Assembly (NCBI GenBank): GCA_004764695.1
Contig: SMSO01000037.1
Location: 1,464,747 to 1,528,746 of the forward strand
Origin: Schizochytrium sp. TIO01
Taxonomy: Eukaryota; Protista; Bigyra: Labyrinthulomycetes
Direction of reading: 5' to 3'
DNA length: 64,000 bases
The position numbers and the translations under genes were made by a program. The notes under the pieces are model-generated. The model was not told the origin of the DNA. It was given only the letters and a program-made list of their open reading frames with translations, and searched no databases. The stretch's first letter is position 1. Each line of letters begins with the position of its first letter. Positions 57,396 through 64,000 of this stretch are shown in pieces.

Positions 57396-57956
57396 CTAGC
57401 TGAGACGTCGCACGTTCAAGAGAATAGGATACTTTGCGTGGGGTGAATTCCTGAGATTAGCTTCTGGTAAGATTGTCATTTCAGCAATTTCCCCATTTTG
57501 AAGAACTGATACTGCTTCTTCTAACGCTGGAACCATAGACCTTGACCCAATCGTTAAGGTCAATGGCGGGCCGCCATATTTCTCACCTGAGTCGTCAATC
57601 ACCTGTCGATTCATGTATGAAGCTTTGTAATGAAGTTGGATCTTTTTCATGTGCAAATGCGATGCCGAGTCTTGTTGCTTTGAAGTTAAATTCAGTTTGG
57701 ATTTATTGAGGTCTGCCAAAGATGACCTAGATATGAACCCCCAAGCTGGACCTCCACGCTTTCTGTCTGACTTAATTTTTTTTATTAATTTGCAGGCACT
57801 TTTATGGGTGTCCCAGTCTTCTTTGAGGTGTTCTGGTGTACAATAAAAAATTGATTTACAAGATGCACAGCAGCACTCGCCTTTCTTTCCGCATGGACAC
57901 AGCAACCTTCGATCGGCCTCCGCGGGTGGTGTGTCTTCATCATCCTTTGTAGACAT
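57396..57956 (-). CDS. MYND zinc finger - FKBP-like domain fusion protein (186 aa)
   Basis: MYND pattern CPCG..CASCKSIFYCTPEHLKEDWDTHKSAC. FKBP pattern IQLHYKASY..VIDDS..PLTLTIGSRSMVPALEEAVSVLQNGEIAEMTILPE. Confidence 0.8.
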   Translation of the reverse strand: MSTKDDEDTPPAEADRRLLCPCGKKGECCCASCKSIFYCTPEHLKEDWDTHKSACKLIKKIKSDRKRGGPAWGFISRSSLADLNKSKLNLTSKQQDSASHLHMKKIQLHYKASYMNRQVIDDSGEKYGGPPLTLTIGSRSMVPALEEAVSVLQNGEIAEMTILPEANLRNSPHAKYPILLNVRRLS

Positions 57957-58628
57957 GTTGAGATCTCTTCAATTCAGAAACGCACAAGAAGTTGCAGCTT
58001 AAGAATTTTGCTTGAGATAAGCTGATCTAGCCAGGCTTGCCTTCTCGGTTTCATCGACGTTAAATTTTGCATCTTATGATGAGATTGTGGTTTGCCTAGT
58101 AGTGGCCATTTTTTCAACTATCACAGTCCTTTCAATCTTTTATTCCGAATTGGAACAGAAACTAGCAACTATATACTTTACATGAATCAAGTTTTTTAAT
58201 AAGTTATTTTATTTTTCTAGGTATTACGACTAAATGTATTATTCTAGAGAGAGATCATGTTACTATTTTTTTTTTTAATGTCAACGGACATATTATCATT
58301 CTTATTTCTCTAGCAGAAGAGTTTAAGCTTAAACTTTTCAGATCAGAACATCTCTTGTCTATCAATTTCACTATCTACCATCCTCAGGCCCACTATATGG
58401 ATATTCTCTTTGCTTCTGTGCGCTTTGAGTCTCTTATTTGAGGATAACGTTTTCGTGTGAGTGTATAATTTTATGCAAATCTGACTTCAGGCAGAACGTT
58501 GGTCACTTCAGCCAAAAAGCAAACTCCTGTAACGTGCAACCTGGAATCGGGCAACTGAGCTGCCCCGTGCTGACCTATCAAATTGAGCTGGTAGTTTATA
58601 GAGCCTTGTCCAAAGACCTCCCTCCCGA

Positions 58629-60260
58629 ATGGACGTTTTGTGCGATTTATGCTTTTTTAGGCCAAAAGAATGCATTAGAGTTTTAAAGACATACTGTGGA
58701 AATGGTAGCCCCAAACCTCGCGAAAAGGACGTCGAAGCTGCACTTAAAGAACTTGGCGTTTGCGAAAAAGATGTTCGCCGCTCCATAGCAGAGGATCTTA
58801 GCAAGATTATCTCACAGGTGTCACGTTCTGACGCTCTCCTTCATGGTTCATCGAATAATAAGACATCTGAACTAAAGAACAAAGCAAAGCCACTTAAGAG
58901 TGCCATCGCGCGCGTGGTACAGCACTTTGCCAAAAGTAAGAATGAAATCAATCTTCTTAGGATACTGCAAGATAGATTTTCAGATATAGAGAAGTTCAGT
59001 TCCCTTCAACGAACCATGGAGCAATATGAGGCTGAAAAGCTCCATTCATCGGGCTTAGTATCTGTAAAGGATTTTGATAAATGCCTCGATTCTATAGGCC
59101 TTGACTTCGATGATCAGCAGCGCAAACTTGTGACAGAACTATTTATAGCAAGTGGGAAAGACCACGAGAATGAAAAGTATGTAAAATTTCGCTGTTTTCT
59201 AGCTGTTTTAAATCCCGAGCATTCAGTGAATACAAATACACGGTCTCGCAACCCTCCATCATCAAGTAGTACAAGTACAAGTGGACAGTTTGAGGGGGAT
59301 CTCTTACGCACATTGGAATATCTGCGCGGGAAGATTCTTATTGTCCAGAGCATGGGCGGCCTTGATACGAGAGAGAGTTTTTCGCATTTTGATCCATCAG
59401 GCTCTGGTATTGTCACTATTGATGAGTTTTTACAAGGCTTAGAAGCTCTTGGTATCAGAACGGACGATGATAACCTTGCTAGAGATCGCATCATGCGTGC
59501 TTTTGGCACTTGCAATGAAGATGAGGGAATTGATTATGGGCAATTCCTTAGATTTCTTGAGAACGACTACACAGCTTCTCTTGGTTTCTCCCAAACACTG
59601 TCTCCAGAATATGATTCAGATTTCGACAAAAACCTGGAGACGCTATCAGATGACTCCAAAGTAGACCGTATCGTATACCACGATACAAATACTGCTGGTC
59701 CATTTGTTGCAGGATATACTGATGGACGAACCCATGCCAAAATTCGATCAGCCCAACAGAAAAGGGTTACTTTAGCGAAGGAGAGTGAAGGAACATTTGT
59801 CAGGTCTTCACAAACATCTGCAGGTATTGTCAAGCAGATTATTATATCAAAACCTCCCTCTTCAAAGCGCAGACACGGTGCAAGAGTTTTTGATAGGGTA
59901 GAGCGTCATCATGTGGAACGTCATAGCAGCAGGTGCAGCCAAGACTCTCGTAATAAGGAAGTTTACGAAGGAGTTCTTAAAACCAGCTCACCACGTTATA
60001 AAGCTAAGCGACAATCTTCTCAAGATCGTTTTATGACTGAGGCAGCTAAGCCAAATGCTGTGGTAAAGTACCTGGGTTATGCAGCCCATGTTTGCAACGA
60101 CTATCCCCATATCGATTACCAAAAATTTCAGAAGGAGAAAAAAAAATCGAGTTCGATTCTAGTTCGAAACTTTGCAAGGCAAAAACCCTCCAAAAAGGGA
60201 TCAATCAAAGAAAGGAGCGTGAAAACTCGAGTGAAAGGAGAGAAACTAATGAATATTTGA
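58629..60260 (+). CDS. EF-hand protein, N-terminal part; probably one gene with 60092-62620
   Basis: EF-hand pair FSHFDPSGSGIVTIDEFLQGLEALG / DEGIDYGQFLRFL, plus a degenerate pair SGLVSVKDFDKCLDSIG / YVKFRCFL. Overlaps the next ORF on the same strand in the -1 frame. Confidence 0.75.
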   Translation: MDVLCDLCFFRPKECIRVLKTYCGNGSPKPREKDVEAALKELGVCEKDVRRSIAEDLSKIISQVSRSDALLHGSSNNKTSELKNKAKPLKSAIARVVQHFAKSKNEINLLRILQDRFSDIEKFSSLQRTMEQYEAEKLHSSGLVSVKDFDKCLDSIGLDFDDQQRKLVTELFIASGKDHENEKYVKFRCFLAVLNPEHSVNTNTRSRNPPSSSSTSTSGQFEGDLLRTLEYLRGKILIVQSMGGLDTRESFSHFDPSGSGIVTIDEFLQGLEALGIRTDDDNLARDRIMRAFGTCNEDEGIDYGQFLRFLENDYTASLGFSQTLSPEYDSDFDKNLETLSDDSKVDRIVYHDTNTAGPFVAGYTDGRTHAKIRSAQQKRVTLAKESEGTFVRSSQTSAGIVKQIIISKPPSSKRRHGARVFDRVERHHVERHSSRCSQDSRNKEVYEGVLKTSSPRYKAKRQSSQDRFMTEAAKPNAVVKYLGYAAHVCNDYPHIDYQKFQKEKKKSSSILVRNFARQKPSKKGSIKERSVKTRVKGEKLMNI

Positions 60261-62620
60261 GCTCTGAAGATGATGATGACTTTGCAGAGTCCCAGATGCC
60301 CCAGAGCGACGTTGGGACGAAGGTACAACGACATCTGATCGAAATTGATCAAAAGCGAAGTTATGTCGAATTGGAACTCCTCAGGGACTTGCTGACTTTG
60401 AAAACTTCGCCTCAGCGTCCTAATGCTAAGGGTTGTATGAAAAGATGGGGGGAAATAGTCCTTGCAGACCGCAAAAGCATGACCCCGACTCTTACGGAGG
60501 CTATTAAGGAGCAGTTTATAAACCAGGCACCGTTTAGTAGCCCATTGCGGCATTTGATTCGAGCCTCTATGGCAGCCCAAGATGCAAGCAGCTTAGATGT
60601 GGCTAAGGAGATGATTTTACGCGCAAAAAAAATCTTCAAGGTAGCCTTTTCAGAGCAGCTGCTTAATATAAAAAAACATGCATTCCAACAAAAAACGATC
60701 AAGTCTCCTAGATTGCACTTTGGATCACTTTCCTTTGATCCACGTGCCTTACGAAATATGCATTGTAGTGCAATGAAAAGTACCCCAGACGCACCGACAG
60801 TATCCGAGCTAGCGGATATGCTTGTTGGTCAGGTATTGGGTGGAGTGGAACCATTTGACAAGGTTGTGCAGCACATTATTGGGTCAGATTTACTCGAAGA
60901 TAATGACGAAGACCTCCATGATGTCCAAAATCAGCTCGCAAAGCAACTTCAACAGATGCTTCATAAAACTTCGCTAAGTTCAAAGGTTTCATGGGAAGAA
61001 CTCTTAGCGATCTTCAGGTCACATGCAACATATCAGATGCATGTGTCACATTTACAGAATCTATTCACTGACGGAGAATTGTGCACCCTACGTGCAGTAT
61101 TTTCTCAAGCACAACACCAGCAAGTCTCTACACAGAGTCGTCAGTACCAAGCCTCCGAGTTTCTTGGTAAGAAGTTGTCTCAGCTTGGACAATGCAATCT
61201 TATCATAAATGCCTTATATTTGGACAAACACGTTGAAAGCTTTCTAGACGAGAGGATGCTTAAGGAAGTCGAGGAGCGCTTTTCGGAGCAGTACGAGCTG
61301 ATTTCGTGGGAGGAGTTCCTCGCAACAATAGCTTGCCATGCATCTGACACATCACTAGAGGAATTATATATTTGGATCCAGGAGGTTCGAATGGATCTAG
61401 AACTTACCGATCATCAATCTTGCCAAGTAAAACGAGTTCGCAAGGAGCAACTCAATTCGCTATCCGAACAGATAGAGGATCTTTATCAGGATAGACTTGA
61501 TATTGTTTGCCAAGATGCACACCATCCGAGTCTAATAAAAATTCACAAGCTAATGAGTTGTTTACGCGAGACACAGTTCAGGCTGAGGACCTCATTACTT
61601 GAAGACCGTATCGAAGAGAAGATTGATCGGTATCTGTGCTCCCGAAGCGGCAAATCCTCAATTGATGACATTATAGCAAGCATGCTGAAAGCAGATAGTG
61701 TAAAGCGGGTGTCAGTATCCTCTAGAGCCAGCATTGAACTTGCAGCCCGAGCAATGCTGCGTAAGCGCAAAGAACTAGAGTTTCGTAGCGGTCCAGCAAT
61801 GGCAGACTTGCGGAGCCTTCGGCGAGAAGCGTGCCAGTATGTCGAGATCTATAAGTCGTCCATAGAACTTGTGTTTGGCCATGAAAGTCTTAAAGCAGCA
61901 TTGGCTCTGGCGCAATGTGCAAACTTATATCTAAGCTTCGGTGACAAGAAACGTCGCAGCCTCGCGACGGAGTTTATCTCGATGATACTAGGAAATCTAG
62001 AGTATACCGATGACGCATCATTGCCCTATCGTATGGCTTCGACGGAAGGATCAATACGTCTTGGGAAACTCAAACAGCAAGACAAACATTATTGCGAAGC
62101 AGGTCGTCTCTTTACCATGGCTGCCAAGATTGTCGAGGTTGATGGCCCTATGGATACGTTGTCTCAAAAAGCCTCTGATTTATGGAAACATGCACTCTCA
62201 GCGTACGAGCACGTGCACGATTGTACAGATCAACGCTTAGAGGCATCAGGGCGTATTTTGGCTCTTCTTTCAGACAGAAGTAGCGATGAGGAAAAGCTTA
62301 ATGTATATGAAAAACATTGTCTTCTACTCCTCGATGCACGTTTGCCAGAGCAAGCAGTGCGAATATTGCGGCAAGCCAAAACCTTGGCCAAAACGCGTGA
62401 GCAAAAAATTAAATTAGCACGGTTGAAAGCTTCAGCCACTGCCTCAGTGCAGCTCCTTTGCATTAAAAATCGAAAGGAGAAGGAAGGGGATACAAGCGAA
62501 ACAAAATTACAAACCGAAGCAGAGGAGGACGAAGATACAGAAAGTTTTTCCTCTCATGAGGAGAAGCAGTACAATCAAGAAGATGGTGACCTTGATTTCT
62601 TGAAACATCTAGATGAATGA
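60092..62620 (+). CDS. C-terminal part of the EF-hand protein: degenerate EF-like helices plus TPR-like helical repeats
   Basis: 842-codon open frame with no early ATG (60092 is TTG; first ATG at 60296) and no room for its own promoter. It contains VSWEELL and ISWEEFL EF-like helices and an Ala/Leu-rich TPR-like region (LVFGHESLKAALALAQCANLY; YCEAGRLFTMA; PEQAVRILRQAKTL). Confidence 0.72.
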   Translation: MQRLSPYRLPKISEGEKKIEFDSSSKLCKAKTLQKGINQRKERENSSERRETNEYLSSEDDDDFAESQMPQSDVGTKVQRHLIEIDQKRSYVELELLRDLLTLKTSPQRPNAKGCMKRWGEIVLADRKSMTPTLTEAIKEQFINQAPFSSPLRHLIRASMAAQDASSLDVAKEMILRAKKIFKVAFSEQLLNIKKHAFQQKTIKSPRLHFGSLSFDPRALRNMHCSAMKSTPDAPTVSELADMLVGQVLGGVEPFDKVVQHIIGSDLLEDNDEDLHDVQNQLAKQLQQMLHKTSLSSKVSWEELLAIFRSHATYQMHVSHLQNLFTDGELCTLRAVFSQAQHQQVSTQSRQYQASEFLGKKLSQLGQCNLIINALYLDKHVESFLDERMLKEVEERFSEQYELISWEEFLATIACHASDTSLEELYIWIQEVRMDLELTDHQSCQVKRVRKEQLNSLSEQIEDLYQDRLDIVCQDAHHPSLIKIHKLMSCLRETQFRLRTSLLEDRIEEKIDRYLCSRSGKSSIDDIIASMLKADSVKRVSVSSRASIELAARAMLRKRKELEFRSGPAMADLRSLRREACQYVEIYKSSIELVFGHESLKAALALAQCANLYLSFGDKKRRSLATEFISMILGNLEYTDDASLPYRMASTEGSIRLGKLKQQDKHYCEAGRLFTMAAKIVEVDGPMDTLSQKASDLWKHALSAYEHVHDCTDQRLEASGRILALLSDRSSDEEKLNVYEKHCLLLLDARLPEQAVRILRQAKTLAKTREQKIKLARLKASATASVQLLCIKNRKEKEGDTSETKLQTEAEEDEDTESFSSHEEKQYNQEDGDLDFLKHLDE

Positions 62621-62900
62621 TTGATTTATACTTTTTGTACTTTCAGAAATTTATGTTCGTCTCAAAACAATTGATTGTCGACCGACTAAAGAGATCTTGA
62701 CTTAACAGTACTGATTCACTATAGGATTAATTATCAGATTACTTCAAGTGGTGTACGTAGCGGTTTGCCTGAGCCCGTCGTGAGAGCTAATTTGTTATAC
62801 TCATCAAGCAATCTACCAAAAAAAAATCAATTGATTATTGCGCGCCTTATTTTCAACCTCCAACTGCGCACCGAAAATATTGTACAGTGCATAGAATAGT

Positions 62901-62970
62901 GTACTCAATTTTGACGATTTAGTGCGCATGGAGACGTACTCAATTTTGACGATTTAGTGCGCATGGAGAC
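62901..62970. repeat. Perfect tandem duplication, 2 x 35 bp
   Basis: GTACTCAATTTTGACGATTTAGTGCGCATGGAGAC occurs at 62901 and 62936. Confidence 0.95.
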
Positions 62971-64000
62971 CCATACCTCCAACACCACTTTACCTCAGCT
63001 AGTTTCCATGGTTGTATTACTTTTTTTTTAAAGAAAGAAAACGTTTGAGGTACATTCATATTCTTTATTAGAAAATTTTTATCTGACTCGAATAACCACA
63101 GCGATAATAAACAGATCAAGCTCCTCCTGCGATCTCATCCATGAACTACGTTTGGCACTTCGCTTCGAGAACTCGTTTTTATAAGAGAAAACTCTGCAGC
63201 ACGCTCCGTACATCCTTATTATGGCACCATATGAAATTGTGTTCGTCTTTCACAATTTTAACAAAGCAGTGATATGTGATTAAGCAGGGTACTCGGAATT
63301 TAAATAATCGTTGGGTATGGTACTGGGGTATGTCGTTGCCTCTAAATTTATGCACAGGGCAGTATCCTATGAGATCCTTAACTTACAAATTTGCGCCTTA
63401 ACCTCGCGGAGAAGTTAGGAACTCTGAACCATAGAAGGAAGATGTTTTCAATTAGCTAGAGAATTTTATATGTCACAGTGATAAGACATAAGCTATAGAC
63501 GTATAGAATCGATCCAAAGTAGTTTGTGGTCTTACCGAAGCCATGCTAGGTAGCCAGCTAGCTTAGCTACCTACATTCCTATTAAAAAGCGGACGTAATT
63601 CTTCCAACTAGTCCCTCCCAGAAAAAAGGCAAGCCGAAAACCGCCTTCATACTACCCTAGAGGTAGATACTATACTATGATGACTGATACTATCTACCGG
63701 TATAAGAGTAGGTATGTGGTACTAGATACCCTCTTAGTACTTCTAGTGATGACTTTTGGGTCTCATTTACATCATTGAGGGAAAAGGAGAAGATCTGAAT
63801 TTGGTACAAGCACTGACAGATGAGTCTCACAAAGTTTACGAAATCACTCCTTAAGTACGTACCTATATACCTACCTGCCTAAATCAGACCAACCTACTCC
63901 AAACTAGTTGGACAGAGATTAGATCAAGATAGCAGAGAAGAGAGCGATGCTTCAGTAAGCCCAAATCACCTCGATGGAATACGTATCTTACCAAAGATTT

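Noticed and set aside
1-64000. tRNA, rRNA, telomeric repeats, intact transposase or reverse transcriptase
   Set aside because: GTTCGA-type hits lacked cloverleaf context, and no such arrays or ORFs were recognised by eye. Small ncRNAs could have been missed without tRNAscan/Infernal.

Overview
Eukaryotic nuclear DNA with long, apparently intron-poor genes, CAA-rich leaders and microsatellites. The gene families and style suggest a stramenopile, probably a thraustochytrid/labyrinthulomycete; this is an inference, not proven. From left to right: the 3' part of ATG2; a Gln-rich probable transcription factor with an unnamed Cys/His 'KNLRCFPxC' domain; a ~30 kb interval (8744-38859) with no credible intact gene, containing AT-rich islands, microsatellites and several decayed ORF-like relics; then a dense cluster of four head-to-head gene pairs. 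The pairs are: type I membrane protein / WW-EF-hand pseudokinase; TBCB / pescadillo; KNL2 (M18BP1) / a disordered protein rich in CDK sites with KEN and D-box-like motifs; MYND-FKBP fusion / an EF-hand protein split by a -1 frameshift at an A9 run. No rRNA, tRNA, CRISPR array or intact transposon was recognised. The most promising leads are the candidate new transcription-factor domain with its 30 kb upstream desert, the MYND-FKBP fusion, the frameshifted EF-hand gene, the KNL2 / cell-cycle gene pair and the pseudokinase.
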